64,000 nt of DNA from SAR86 cluster bacterium AG-422-E19 (GCA_003213595.1 QCMR01000002.1:128015-192014); one strand, 5' to 3'; counted from the first letter of the stretch, positions 50,591 to 60,835 are shown. Program-made: numbers and translations. Notes: generated by a model not told the origin, from the letters alone.

Positions 50591-52353
50591 TATTTATCCT
50601 CTTCAAGAACTTTTATGGAAAGCATATCTAATTGATCTTGATCAATTAAACTTGGAGCATCAGAAAGCAAGCAAGTTGCTGATTGGGTCTTTGGAAAAGC
50701 AATTACATCTCTGATAGATTCTTGTTTACAAACCAACATGATCAAACGATCTAATCCAAAAGCAATTCCGCCATGAGGAGGACATCCATAGGACAAAGCT
50801 TCTAAAAAGAAACCAAATTTTTCATCCGCTTCTTTTTTATCTATTCCTAAAATTGATAATACTTCCAATTGTTCATCTAAATTGTTAATTCTCAAAGAAC
50901 CGCCTCCAATTTCACTGCCATTCAAAATAAGGTCATATGCTTTTGCAACAGCATTTACTGGATCTTTCTTTAGTTCTTTGAGCCCTCCTTTAGTAGCAGT
51001 AAAAGGATGGTGTGATGGAGATAAGTTCCCTTGAATATCCTCTTCAAATAAAGGAAAGTCTGTTATCCATCCGAATTTAAAAGCCTCTTTATCAATTAAG
51101 TTAAGATCTTCACCTAATTTTTCTCTCAATGAGCCCATTGAATCATTCACAACATTTCTGTGATCGGCACCAAAAAAAACAGTGTCTCCAGAACTTAGTT
51201 CAAGCCTTTCAACTAAACTAGAAATCTCTTCTTTAGAAAGGAACTTAAGAATTGGAGACTGAAGCCCATTATCTAGATCACTAGAATCATTGACTTTTAT
51301 ATAAGCTAGTCCTTTTGCTCCAAAATTACCGACAAATTTAGTGTACTCATCTATTTTATTTCTGCTTATTTCTTGTTCAATTTTAAGCGCAACAATTCTT
51401 GCTTTTTCATTCTTGGCAGGATCGGCAAAAACCTTAAATGAAGAGTTTTCAAAAATATCTTTTACATCAACAAGCTTTAAAGGGTTTCTTAAGTCAGGTT
51501 TATCTGAGCCGTAATCCTTTATTGCTTCTTGATATTTAATTCTTTGGAAATCATCAAACTCAATATTTAAAGTTTCAAAAAAAATTCTTTTAATAAGGCT
51601 TTCAGAGATCTTAAGAATTTCTTCTTCTGAAATAAAAGACAATTCGATATCCAATTGAGTAAATTCTGGCTGCCTATCTTTTCGTGTATCCTCATCCCGA
51701 AAGCATCTGACAATTTGAAAATATTTTTCAAAACCTCCAATCATCAACATTTGTTTGAAAAGCTGTGGTGACTGAGTCAGGGCATAAAACTTTTGATTGT
51801 AAAGTCTGCTTGGGACAAGAAAATCTCTAGCTCCTTCCGGAGTAGCCCTAGCCATCATTGGAGTTTCAATTTCAATAAACTCATCTTCAATGAGATGACT
51901 TCTGACGATGTGATTTACTTGCGATCTGATTTTCAGATTTGATTGCATTTCCGGTCTTCGCAAATCCAAGTAACGGTATTTGAGTCTAACCTCTTCACCG
52001 ACTTTTGCATGTTCATCTAACTGAAAAGGCAAAGGTTTACTCTTGGAAAGAATATCAATTTCTTTTGAAACAAGTTCCAGTTCTCCAGACGCCAATGACT
52101 CATTAATTGTGCCTTTAGGCCTTTTTCTAAGAATTCCTGTAACTTCAAGAACATAAGACATTCTTATCGATTCCGACTTTTTGAATAACTCTTTATCGTC
52201 TGGCTCAACAACAACTTGCATTAATCCTGATGCGTCTCTGATATCTAAAAATATGACACCTCCATGATCCCTGACCTTTTCAACCCATCCAGAAATAAGA
52301 AAGGATAAATCGATTTCTTTATTAGAAATATTTTTTATTTGAGTACGTTCCAT
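50590..52353 (-). CDS. aspS: Aspartyl-tRNA synthetase (bacterial type with GAD insertion)
   Basis: 587 aa. OB-fold N-terminus and class II motifs (CFRDEDTRKDRQPEFTQLD, GGIAFGLDRL). Confidence 0.98.
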   Translation of the reverse strand: MERTQIKNISNKEIDLSFLISGWVEKVRDHGGVIFLDIRDASGLMQVVVEPDDKELFKKSESIRMSYVLEVTGILRKRPKGTINESLASGELELVSKEIDILSKSKPLPFQLDEHAKVGEEVRLKYRYLDLRRPEMQSNLKIRSQVNHIVRSHLIEDEFIEIETPMMARATPEGARDFLVPSRLYNQKFYALTQSPQLFKQMLMIGGFEKYFQIVRCFRDEDTRKDRQPEFTQLDIELSFISEEEILKISESLIKRIFFETLNIEFDDFQRIKYQEAIKDYGSDKPDLRNPLKLVDVKDIFENSSFKVFADPAKNEKARIVALKIEQEISRNKIDEYTKFVGNFGAKGLAYIKVNDSSDLDNGLQSPILKFLSKEEISSLVERLELSSGDTVFFGADHRNVVNDSMGSLREKLGEDLNLIDKEAFKFGWITDFPLFEEDIQGNLSPSHHPFTATKGGLKELKKDPVNAVAKAYDLILNGSEIGGGSLRINNLDEQLEVLSILGIDKKEADEKFGFFLEALSYGCPPHGGIAFGLDRLIMLVCKQESIRDVIAFPKTQSATCLLSDAPSLIDQDQLDMLSIKVLEEDK

Positions 52354-52368
52354 ATTTCGAAAGATTGT

Positions 52369-52650
52369 TTAATCTTTTTTAGCAGGTTTTGAGTTTTCTG
52401 TTTTTTTTGGTTCCTTAGAAAGTTTTTTACTTTTTATATCTGATTGTACAAGATTTTTTTTATTGCCTGTCTTAAAGTCTGTTTCGTACCAACCTGATCC
52501 TTCTAAACGAAAGGATGTGGCTGAGATAATTTTTTTAGCCTTTGCTTTTGGCGAGCAATCACAAAATACAGTTTTTGTAGAATCTGCTACAGAAACAATT
52601 CTTTCAAATATTTTGTCGCATTTACTGCATTGGTACTCATAAATAGGCAT
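52369..52650 (-). CDS. FmdB/CxxC_CxxC_SSSS-family zinc-ribbon protein
   Basis: MPIYEYQCSKCDKIFE...CDCS, followed by a Lys-rich tail. Confidence 0.75.
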   Translation of the reverse strand: MPIYEYQCSKCDKIFERIVSVADSTKTVFCDCSPKAKAKKIISATSFRLEGSGWYETDFKTGNKKNLVQSDIKSKKLSKEPKKTENSKPAKKD

Positions 52651-52720
52651 TATTCCTCACTGTAAGCATCTTTTTTTAGTATTATTAATTTTTAAAGCCG
52701 AATATTAATTTATATTTTAA

Positions 52721-53998
52721 ATGAAAGCTTCCTCATTTCACTATAAAACTCAAAAAGAAGCCCCAAAAGACGCAGAACTCATAAGCCATAAACTTATGAT
52801 CAGAACAAATATGATAAAACCGTTGGCTTCTGGTATTTATTCGTGGATGCCCCTGGGATTAAAGATTCTTAATAAAGTCGAATCTATCATTAGAAGAAAT
52901 ATGAATGAATATGGTTGTTTAGAAGTTTTAATGCCGATGGTTCAACCAAAAACACTGTGGGACGAAACAAAACGGTCTGAGCAAATGGGTCCAGAACTTT
53001 TGGGTTTTTTGGATCGTAATGAAAGGGAATTTTATCTCGGACCTACTCATGAAGAAGTCATTACCGATATATGTCGTCATGAACTGCAAAGTCATAAAGA
53101 TCTGCCTAAAACTTTTTATCAAATACAAACGAAATTCAGAGATGAAATTAGACCTAGATTCGGAGTCATGCGAGGCAGAGAGTTTTTAATGAAAGATGCC
53201 TATTCATTTGATCTTGATGAAGAAGGGATGAGCAAAAGCTATCAAGCTATGAAAGAGTGTTACCAAAAGATATTTGACGAGATTGGCTTTGATTATAAGA
53301 TTGTAAAAGCTGATTCAGGAGCAATTGGTGGGAATATGTCTGAAGAATTTCATGTCTTAGCTGATTCTGGTGAAGATACATTGGTATTTAATGATAAAGA
53401 TTTTTCATCAAATATTGAATTATTGGAAGATTCCTTGAAAAAGGAAATTGAGAAAAAAATTGAAAATAATGATCTATCTGATATTGATAGTGAGCATGGC
53501 AAACTTTCAATTAAAAAAGGAATTGAGGTAGGCCATATATTTGAACTAGGTAATAAATACAGCAAATCTATGGGTTTAAGTGTCCAACATGATAATAGTC
53601 AAAAGATTTTAGAAATGGGCTGTTATGGAATTGGAGTTTCTAGAATTGTTGCAGCTGCTATAGAGCAAAATCATGATAATGAAGGTATTGTTTTTCCAAA
53701 AAATATTTCTGCTTTTGATTGTTCTTTAATTTCAATCAATGAAAAGAAATCAGAGATAGTTAAAAACAAAGCTAAGGAAATATACTCATATTTAATGAGT
53801 AACAATGTAGATGTCTTCTATGATGATAGAGATGCATCTCCAGGTAATAAATTTTCTGATTCCAATTTAATGGGGAATCCTTATCAGATAGTTATTAGCG
53901 AAAAGAACGTTGAAAAAGGCTTAATCGAAATAATTAATAGAAAAGATCAGACAAAATCTGAAATAACTGAAAAAGACTTATTGGGTCTCTTTGATTGA
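52721..53998 (+). CDS. proS: Prolyl-tRNA synthetase, bacterial-type core lacking the INS editing domain
   Basis: 425 aa. Motif 2 [25 protein letters not shown] and motif 3 [17 protein letters not shown]. Only about 28 aa (53423..53506) lie between ...SNIELLE and ...[14 protein letters not shown], where E. coli ProRS carries about 180 aa of INS. Confidence 0.9.
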   Translation: MKASSFHYKTQKEAPKDAELISHKLMIRTNMIKPLASGIYSWMPLGLKILNKVESIIRRNMNEYGCLEVLMPMVQPKTLWDETKRSEQMGPELLGFLDRNEREFYLGPTHEEVITDICRHELQSHKDLPKTFYQIQTKFRDEIRPRFGVMRGREFLMKDAYSFDLDEEGMSKSYQAMKECYQKIFDEIGFDYKIVKADSGAIGGNMSEEFHVLADSGEDTLVFNDKDFSSNIELLEDSLKKEIEKKIENNDLSDIDSEHGKLSIKKGIEVGHIFELGNKYSKSMGLSVQHDNSQKILEMGCYGIGVSRIVAAAIEQNHDNEGIVFPKNISAFDCSLISINEKKSEIVKNKAKEIYSYLMSNNVDVFYDDRDASPGNKFSDSNLMGNPYQIVISEKNVEKGLIEIINRKDQTKSEITEKDLLGLFD

Positions 53999-55003
53999 GT
54001 CTGTAATCTGTTTTTCTATTTTCTTAGCTATATTTGGGTTGTCTTTTAGCCACTGACTAGCATTAATTTTACCTTGGCCAATTTTTTCACCATCGTAAGC
54101 GTACCAAGCACCTGCCTTCTCAACGATTTTTCTCTCAACTCCAATATCGAGAATTTCTCCAGCACGGTTAATCCCTTTGTTGTAAAGAATTTGAAATTCA
54201 GCTTGTCTGAATGGAGGTGAAACTTTATTTTTAACAACCTTAACTCTAGTTTCATTTCCTGCGACTTCGTCGCCGTCTTTAACTGTACCAATTCTTCTAA
54301 TATCCAATCTCACAGAAGAATAAAACTTTAAAGCATTACCACCAGAGGTAGTCTCAGGACTGCCAAACATTACACCGATTTTCATTCGAATTTGATTAAT
54401 AAATATAACAAGAGTATTTGATTTTTTTATACTGCCGGTTATTTTTCTTAGTGCCTGTGACATAAGTCTAGCTTGAAGGCCAACATGATGATCCCCCATT
54501 TCGCCCTCAATTTCGGCTCGGGGTACTAATGCGGCTACAGAATCAATAACTAAAACATCTATTCCACCAGATTTAACCATTATGTCGGCAACTTCCAGGG
54601 CTTGTTCGCCTGTATCAGGCTGAGAAAGGAGCAAGTCATCTATTTTTACTCCAATTTTTTCTGCATAGATTGGATCTAAAGCATGCTCTGCATCTATAAA
54701 TGCCGCGGTTCCTCCTTGTTTCTGGCACTCGGCTATAACTTGCAAAGTCAAAGTTGTTTTTCCTGAAGATTCGGGACCAAAAATCTCAACTACTCTGCCC
54801 TTAGGCAAGCCCATTATGCCAAGTGCCAAATCCAATCCTAATGAGCCTGTAGAAATACTTGGAATACTCTGAACCTCCCTTTCTCCCATCCTCATGATGG
54901 TTCCAGGACCAAATTGGGTCTCAATCTGAGAGATGGCTGTTTCTAGGGATTTTCCTTTTTCTGGTAACGCTGTATCGTCTTTTTTTGTTTTTCTTGTAGG
55001 CAT
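53978..55003 (-). CDS. recA: Recombinase RecA
   Basis: 341 aa. Walker [10 protein letters not shown], and the L1/L2 loop regions (..[28 protein letters not shown]). Confidence 0.98.
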   Translation of the reverse strand: MPTRKTKKDDTALPEKGKSLETAISQIETQFGPGTIMRMGEREVQSIPSISTGSLGLDLALGIMGLPKGRVVEIFGPESSGKTTLTLQVIAECQKQGGTAAFIDAEHALDPIYAEKIGVKIDDLLLSQPDTGEQALEVADIMVKSGGIDVLVIDSVAALVPRAEIEGEMGDHHVGLQARLMSQALRKITGSIKKSNTLVIFINQIRMKIGVMFGSPETTSGGNALKFYSSVRLDIRRIGTVKDGDEVAGNETRVKVVKNKVSPPFRQAEFQILYNKGINRAGEILDIGVERKIVEKAGAWYAYDGEKIGQGKINASQWLKDNPNIAKKIEKQITDSIKETQ

Positions 55004-55047
55004 AATAAAACTGTATATTTATACAGTATTTAACAATATATTAAAAA

Positions 55048-55539
55048 TTATTGCAAACATTTTAATAATTCTTTTAAAGCAAAAGCTACACTCTGTTTTC
55101 TGACTTCGTCACGATTTCCTTCAAAAAGTTTGGTGAAGCAAGTTATTTCACTTTTATTGCCAATTCCAAAACATACCGTTCCAACCGGCTTGTCATGTGT
55201 TCCTCCAGTAGGTCCTGCTATACCGCTTATTGAAATTGAAAAATCTGAGCCACTATTTTTTATAGCTCCTTCTGCCATTTCCTTCACAACATTTTCACTT
55301 ACAGCTCCCTCCTCTAAAAGAGTATCTTTGCTAACGCCAAGAGTTTTAAGCTTTGCCTTATTAGAGTATGTGATAAACCCAAAACCATACCATCTTGAAC
55401 TACCTGGTATGCCTGTAAATTCCTTACCAATCCAGCCTCCTGTACAAGATTCTGCTGTAGAAACACTTTTCTTTGTCTCTGTTAATACCTGACCTATCTT
55501 TATAGCTAAATCTTGTAGTTCGTCATTGGAAATCATCAA
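55048..55539 (-). CDS. pncC: Nicotinamide-nucleotide amidohydrolase PncC (stand-alone CinA C-terminal domain)
   Basis: 163 aa. TAESCTGGW motif. No N-terminal MoCF domain. Upstream of recA, as cinA is in many bacteria. Confidence 0.85.
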   Translation of the reverse strand: MMISNDELQDLAIKIGQVLTETKKSVSTAESCTGGWIGKEFTGIPGSSRWYGFGFITYSNKAKLKTLGVSKDTLLEEGAVSENVVKEMAEGAIKNSGSDFSISISGIAGPTGGTHDKPVGTVCFGIGNKSEITCFTKLFEGNRDEVRKQSVAFALKELLKCLQ

Positions 55540-55558
55540 TTTAAATTATAATTGATTA

Positions 55559-55885
55559 ATGACTTTTATTGTTGGCCAAGGATGCATCAATTGTAAGCAC
55601 ACCGATTGTGTCGAAGTATGTCCTGTAGATTGTTTCTATGAAGGAGAAAATACTTTAGTCATCAATCCAGACGAATGTATAGATTGCGGTTTGTGTGAGC
55701 CTGAGTGCCCCATTGAAGCCATTTATGCAGAAGACGAAGTTCCAGCTGATCAAATAGAATTTATTGAAATAAATGAAAAATATTCAAAGATTTGGCCGAA
55801 CATTACTGAGGCAAAAGATCCCATGCCAGATCACGAGGAGTGGAAGGAAAAAACAAATAAAATTAATGTATTAATCCTTGAATAA
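55559..55885 (+). CDS. fdxA: 7Fe ferredoxin (Azotobacter FdI type, [3Fe-4S][4Fe-4S])
   Basis: 108 aa. [21 protein letters not shown]...[14 protein letters not shown], near colinear with FdI-type ferredoxins. Confidence 0.92.
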   Translation: MTFIVGQGCINCKHTDCVEVCPVDCFYEGENTLVINPDECIDCGLCEPECPIEAIYAEDEVPADQIEFIEINEKYSKIWPNITEAKDPMPDHEEWKEKTNKINVLILE

Positions 55886-55887
55886 AG

Positions 55888-56544
55888 CTATTCAGAAACC
55901 TTTCCCTCAAGCATAGGAACAAATAACACAGAATCTAAAATTGTTTCATGAAATTCGTCTTTTAATTTTTTTTCTAAGAGTAATAAATGTTGTTTCTTCC
56001 CATCGCCGACGGGGCAAATGAGCTTGCCATGCACCTCAAGTTGAGTTTTTAATTTTTTTGGAATTTGTGAAATTGCTGCTGTACAAATGATGGCATCAAA
56101 TTTTTTTGGGGTTGGCCAGCCTAAAGTACCGTCAGACCAACGTAATTGGTAATTGTCTATACCAACTTTCTTTAAATTGTTGTCTGCCCTAAGTGATAGG
56201 GCTTCGATTCTTTCTAAAGAAAATACTTTTCTGCAAAATCTAGCAAGTATTGCTGTTTGATACCCACAGCCAGTGCCGATCTCTAAAACTGCTCCTAAAG
56301 GTTTTTGGTCTAAGATATTTCCTTGAATCAAAAGTTCTGTCATTTTTGCTACAACAAAAGGTTGTGAAATGGTTTGTTGATGACCAATTGGTAAGGACAT
56401 GTCTTGGTAAGCTCTAGAAGTAAATGTTGCATCGACAAATTCATGTCGCGGTATTTGGTACACGGCTTCTAGCACTCTCGGATCTTTAATGCCCTTTTGA
56501 GATAGCTCTCTGGTTAATTCTTTTCTGGCAAATTCAAAATTCAA
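55888..56544 (-). CDS. pcm: Protein-L-isoaspartate O-methyltransferase
   Basis: 218 aa. QTISQPFVVA and the SAM motif VLEIGTGCGYQTA. Confidence 0.93.
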   Translation of the reverse strand: MNFEFARKELTRELSQKGIKDPRVLEAVYQIPRHEFVDATFTSRAYQDMSLPIGHQQTISQPFVVAKMTELLIQGNILDQKPLGAVLEIGTGCGYQTAILARFCRKVFSLERIEALSLRADNNLKKVGIDNYQLRWSDGTLGWPTPKKFDAIICTAAISQIPKKLKTQLEVHGKLICPVGDGKKQHLLLLEKKLKDEFHETILDSVLFVPMLEGKVSE

Positions 56545-56549
56545 TTGAT

Positions 56550-57230
56550 CTATAAATTTTTTGCCCAGTCTTCAACTACCTGTTGTTGAGAGTTGGAATG
56601 CATGTCTACCTTAATTGGGGAAATTGAAATGAATCCATCTTCCAAATTCTTTCGATCGGATACATCAAAATTCTTCTCACCTTCTTCCTCATTGAGGAAA
56701 GTTTTAGTGATTTTAATTTCAGGATCGGGAAATTCATTATGATCCGGTACATTGATGTTTAAAATTTGAAAGTCTTCCATTTCCAAGTTGTCTAGATTAT
56801 CCAAGACTTTGGCAACAAACTTTGCAGCGAAAGAAAAATCATCAATTTCAAAAGATGCTACAGACACTGCAATTGAAGGATACTTCAAATTCCTTCCATC
56901 TAAAGCAGCTCCAACGGTACCGGATAAAATGGCATCGGAGCCTAAATTTGGACCTGGGTTTATTCCAGAAACGACTATTTCTGGTTCGAAAGGACACAGC
57001 ATGTTTCTAGCCACTTTTACACAATCAACGGGAGTACCGTTTAGACTGAATATATTATCTGCATATTTTTTGTGTCTTAAGGGAGTCAAAAAAGTTATTG
57101 CGCTACTAAATCCACTACGATTTTGATCTGGACCTATAAGAAACACTTCATGTTTGTCATGCAATTCTTTAAAAAGAGCTTTGATACCAGGATGGTCAAA
57201 TCCGTCATCATTGGTGAGTATTATTTTCAT
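56550..57230 (-). CDS. surE: 5'/3'-nucleotidase SurE
   Basis: MKIILTNDDGFDHPGI N-terminal metal site and the GINPGPNLG motif. surE-pcm synteny. Confidence 0.92.
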   Translation of the reverse strand: MKIILTNDDGFDHPGIKALFKELHDKHEVFLIGPDQNRSGFSSAITFLTPLRHKKYADNIFSLNGTPVDCVKVARNMLCPFEPEIVVSGINPGPNLGSDAILSGTVGAALDGRNLKYPSIAVSVASFEIDDFSFAAKFVAKVLDNLDNLEMEDFQILNINVPDHNEFPDPEIKITKTFLNEEEGEKNFDVSDRKNLEDGFISISPIKVDMHSNSQQQVVEDWAKNL

Positions 57231-57235
57231 ATTAA

Positions 57236-57718
57236 TTAATTCTTCGTAACGAGAGCAATCGCTTGAGTACTGATGCCCTCTCGAGCGCCTTCATAACCTA
57301 AACCGTCTGTTGTAGTTGCTTTGCAAGAAATATCATTTGGATTCATTTTTAATTCTTTTGCTAAATTCTCTTCAATTTTTTTTTTGAATTTCTCAAGTCT
57401 AGGCTCTTCTCCAACATAAGTAAGGTCAATATTTACAATTTGATATCCTGCCTCTAAAAGCAATGTGGCAACTTTTTTCAAGAGATGAATACTAGAGATG
57501 CCCCTGTTTTCCTCATTGGAGGGTGCCAATTTGCCGATGTCACCCATCTTACAAGCACCTAAAAGGGCATCGATGATTGCATGACTGATGATATCCCCAT
57601 CGGAATGAGCAACGACCTCATACTCAGAGTCGATTGCGATACCGCCTAAGATGAAATCTTTAGAACCTTTGATGATTTTATGAGCGTCAAATCCTTGCCC
57701 AATTCTCAGATTACTCAC
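57236..57718 (-). CDS. ispF: 2-C-methyl-D-erythritol 2,4-cyclodiphosphate synthase
   Basis: 160 aa. RIGQGFDAH and HSDGD zinc ligands. Confidence 0.96.
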   Translation of the reverse strand: MSNLRIGQGFDAHKIIKGSKDFILGGIAIDSEYEVVAHSDGDIISHAIIDALLGACKMGDIGKLAPSNEENRGISSIHLLKKVATLLLEAGYQIVNIDLTYVGEEPRLEKFKKKIEENLAKELKMNPNDISCKATTTDGLGYEGAREGISTQAIALVTKN

Positions 57719-58428
57719 TAAATTCTGCCAGCAAGCTTTAAATATTGTTCTACTGTTTCCAAATCCTCTTTTTTAGTCACCTTAATATTTGTTTTATTAC
57801 AGGGGTAAATGGATATGTCTTTTTTAAAATAATGCAGCATAGCGCTTACTTCATCAGTGAATACTTTTTCATCATCATTTGCTTTGGTTAAAGCGGACAA
57901 TAGGTCTTCCAAACAAAAAACTTGAGGTGTTGCTGACAACCAAACGTTATTTCGATCTAAGGATTTTTGTACTTTTTCATTTTTTACCAAGTTAACGCTT
58001 TCTGTTGGCTGGTAAGAAAGATAGCACCCTTCCCCATCTTCTTTGATTTCATCCTGAGCTTTGCTCATTAGACCCAAAAGATCTTTAAGGTCCAAGCAAG
58101 GTCTTGCAGCATCATGCACGGCAACTAATATTGATTTATCTTCATCCTCTTTAATCTCTTTCAGCCCATTCAAAACAGATAGCATCCTAGTAGAAGCACC
58201 AATGCAAGTCTTAACTTTGTTGTGTTGCGAAATAGATAAAGCTTCCCAAGCTTCGGTATCTTCTGCGACAACAACATAAATAGTTTTGCAATTTTCATCT
58301 TTCAAAAAAGGATCTATGGCAAATTCAATAATGGTTTTTTTTCCTACTATATTGAATTGTTTAGCAAGTTTGAGTTGGGCTCTTGCACCAACCCCAGCAG
58401 CAGGAATTAAAGCGACGTATTCACTCAT
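57718..58428 (-). CDS. ispD: 2-C-methyl-D-erythritol 4-phosphate cytidylyltransferase
   Basis: 236 aa. ALIPAAGVGAR P-loop-like motif. ftsB-ispD-ispF order. Confidence 0.92.
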   Translation of the reverse strand: MSEYVALIPAAGVGARAQLKLAKQFNIVGKKTIIEFAIDPFLKDENCKTIYVVVAEDTEAWEALSISQHNKVKTCIGASTRMLSVLNGLKEIKEDEDKSILVAVHDAARPCLDLKDLLGLMSKAQDEIKEDGEGCYLSYQPTESVNLVKNEKVQKSLDRNNVWLSATPQVFCLEDLLSALTKANDDEKVFTDEVSAMLHYFKKDISIYPCNKTNIKVTKKEDLETVEQYLKLAGRI

Positions 58429-58723
58429 TTGGTACTAGTTCAATGAGAACTTCCCCTTTTTTGATCAAATTTAATTTACTTCGGGCATAACCTTCCAAAG
58501 CTTCAGGATCATTTGTGAAACTATCTAGTTCCATTCTGGCAATTTTATTGTCTTCCTTCAATTTAACGATTTTATTTTCTAAAATAATTTTTTCTTGTGT
58601 CATTTTGTCTAACCGACCAATGCTATTTTCCCCGTAGAAGATTCCTATAATATAAAATAAAATCAAAAAAATAAGTATCACTAATACACTGGGAAACAAA
58701 TAATTTTTAATTTTGTCTATCAA
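58421..58723 (-). CDS. ftsB: Cell division protein FtsB
   Basis: 100 aa with an N-terminal TM helix, a coiled coil, and ...ARSKLNLIKKGE at the C-terminal end. eno-ftsB synteny. Confidence 0.82.
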   Translation of the reverse strand: MIDKIKNYLFPSVLVILIFLILFYIIGIFYGENSIGRLDKMTQEKIILENKIVKLKEDNKIARMELDSFTNDPEALEGYARSKLNLIKKGEVLIELVPNE

Positions 58724-60006
58724 TTAATTAACTCCTGCCTGCCGAGAAATTCTAAACCTTCCATAGCATCAATCATTAACAATCTATTATATTTTGAAGT
58801 TCTATCTGACCTTGATGGTGCACCAGTTTTTATTTGCCCAGCTCCAGTACCAACAGCTAAATCGGCAATAAAATTATCTTCTGTTTCACCAGAACGATGG
58901 GAAATTACGCACTTATAGTTGTGTCGATAAGCCAAACATATAGTTTCAAAAGTCTCAGAAATTGTTCCAATTTGGTTAATTTTTACCAAGACTGAGTTGG
59001 CAATATTTCTGTCAATGCCCTCTTTAAGAATATCTTTATTGGTTACAAATAAATCATCGCCAACCAATTGAGTCTTCTTACCTAGTTTTTTAGTGAGACT
59101 CTCCCATCCAACCCAATCGTTTTCATCGAGTCCGTCTTCAACTGAAGTAATAGGATATTTATCAGCTAAATTGGAAAGATACTCAATTAATTCATCTGAC
59201 GATAACTTTTCCTTATTTGAAAAAACATACTTCTTATTTTTTAACAATTCTGTTGCGGCGCAATCCAGTGCAAAGGTTACATCTTTATCAACTTCATATC
59301 CTGCTTCTTGGATGGAGCTGGATATTAAATCAAGCGCTTCTTCAGCTGAATCAATTCCAGGAGCAAATCCACCTTCATCCCCAACTGCAGTGGAAAAGCC
59401 TTTTTTATTCAATGTTTTTTTTAAAAAATTAAATACTTCCACGCCGCAAATGAGACCTTCTTTAAAGGAAGAGAACCCAACTGGCTGAATCATAAACTCC
59501 TGAAAGTCTAACTGATTATTAGCATGTGCTCCCCCGTTTAGAATGTTCATCATAGGAAGAGGCATCTTCATTTTTACTTCTGAAAAAAAATTTTCCCTAA
59601 AGTAATCATGAATATATTCGTATAAAGGCTTTTTTTCTGCACTTGCTGATAACTTGCAGTGAGCCAATGATAGAGAAAGGATAATATTTGCACCAAAATT
59701 TTTTTTATTTTTCGTCCCGTCCAGTTCTATTAGTTTTGAATCGAATTCAACTTGAGAACCTATTTTCATACCAACAAGTTCTGGAAATAAATTCTCTTCT
59801 GCATTTTTAATAACCTGCGCAACTCCTTTACCATTAAAATTATTACCGCCATCTCTTTTTTCTATGGCTTCTCTGGAACCGGTAGAAGCGCCAGATGGTA
59901 CGAAACCAATTTCTTTAAAATCATCATCTGTCTCTATCAAAGCCGCAATTGTTGGAGTTCCTCTGGAATCAAGGATTTCAAAAGCTTTAATTGCTTTGAT
60001 TTTCAT
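58720..60006 (-). CDS. eno: Enolase
   Basis: 428 aa. ILDSRGTPT, SGASTGS.EA and SHRSGETED signatures. Confidence 0.98.
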   Translation of the reverse strand: MKIKAIKAFEILDSRGTPTIAALIETDDDFKEIGFVPSGASTGSREAIEKRDGGNNFNGKGVAQVIKNAEENLFPELVGMKIGSQVEFDSKLIELDGTKNKKNFGANIILSLSLAHCKLSASAEKKPLYEYIHDYFRENFFSEVKMKMPLPMMNILNGGAHANNQLDFQEFMIQPVGFSSFKEGLICGVEVFNFLKKTLNKKGFSTAVGDEGGFAPGIDSAEEALDLISSSIQEAGYEVDKDVTFALDCAATELLKNKKYVFSNKEKLSSDELIEYLSNLADKYPITSVEDGLDENDWVGWESLTKKLGKKTQLVGDDLFVTNKDILKEGIDRNIANSVLVKINQIGTISETFETICLAYRHNYKCVISHRSGETEDNFIADLAVGTGAGQIKTGAPSRSDRTSKYNRLLMIDAMEGLEFLGRQELIN

Positions 60007-60010
60007 TTTC

Positions 60011-60832
60011 CTAAAAACCTTTCACAGCCTGATCAACAGCATTGACTTTAGTTAAAAGAGCTTCAAATTGATCTAAAGGCGTCGCCGACGGACCATCACA
60101 AAGAGCTTCTTTAGGATCGGGATGGACTTCTATGAATAGGCCAGCTATGCCCAAAGATACTCCGGCTTTGGCTAAGTCTTCAGCTTGATCTCCTCTACCG
60201 CCTGCAGCAGTTTTTCCTTGACCGGGAAGTTGAAGAGAGTGAGTAACATCAAAAATAATTGGGCAATTAAAAGTTTTTAATTTAGACATGCCCAACATGT
60301 CTACGACTAAGTTGTCATAGCCAAAAGAAGTACCCCTTTCACAAAGCATGATTTGATCGTTGCCAAAATTGCTGCATTTTTCAATGATATTTTTCATTTG
60401 ATCAGGAGATAAAAATTGCCCTTTTTTTATGTTTAACGGCTTTCCAGACTGACAAGCTTCTTTGATTAGATCTGTTTGTCTGCATAAAAAAGCAGGTATT
60501 TGGATAATATCAACAACTTCTGATATTTGTTCGACTTGGCTTATTTCATGAATGTCGGTAATAAGTTGATAGTCGCTTTTTTTTAATTCTCTAAAGATTT
60601 CTAAGCCTTTTTCAAGACCCGGTCCTCGATATGAATCTACAGACGAGCGATTGGCTTTATCAAATGAAGCTTTAAAGATAAATGAATTCCCCTGAGCCTC
60701 AGTAATTTTTTTTAATCTTTCAGCAACCTCGAAAGTAAGCTGATCGTCTTCTAAAACATTTAAACCAGCAATGACGCAAAGTTTGTTGGAATTTGAAATC
60801 TCTATTTTTGCTATTTTTACTAAATCGCTCAT
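60011..60832 (-). CDS. kdsA: 3-deoxy-8-phosphooctulonate synthase
   Basis: 273 aa DAHP-synthase-I-family TIM barrel (FKASFDKANRSS, IQIPAFLCRQTDL, DVTHSLQ). Confidence 0.96.
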   Translation of the reverse strand: MSDLVKIAKIEISNSNKLCVIAGLNVLEDDQLTFEVAERLKKITEAQGNSFIFKASFDKANRSSVDSYRGPGLEKGLEIFRELKKSDYQLITDIHEISQVEQISEVVDIIQIPAFLCRQTDLIKEACQSGKPLNIKKGQFLSPDQMKNIIEKCSNFGNDQIMLCERGTSFGYDNLVVDMLGMSKLKTFNCPIIFDVTHSLQLPGQGKTAAGGRGDQAEDLAKAGVSLGIAGLFIEVHPDPKEALCDGPSATPLDQFEALLTKVNAVDQAVKGF

Positions 60833-60835
60833 TAT

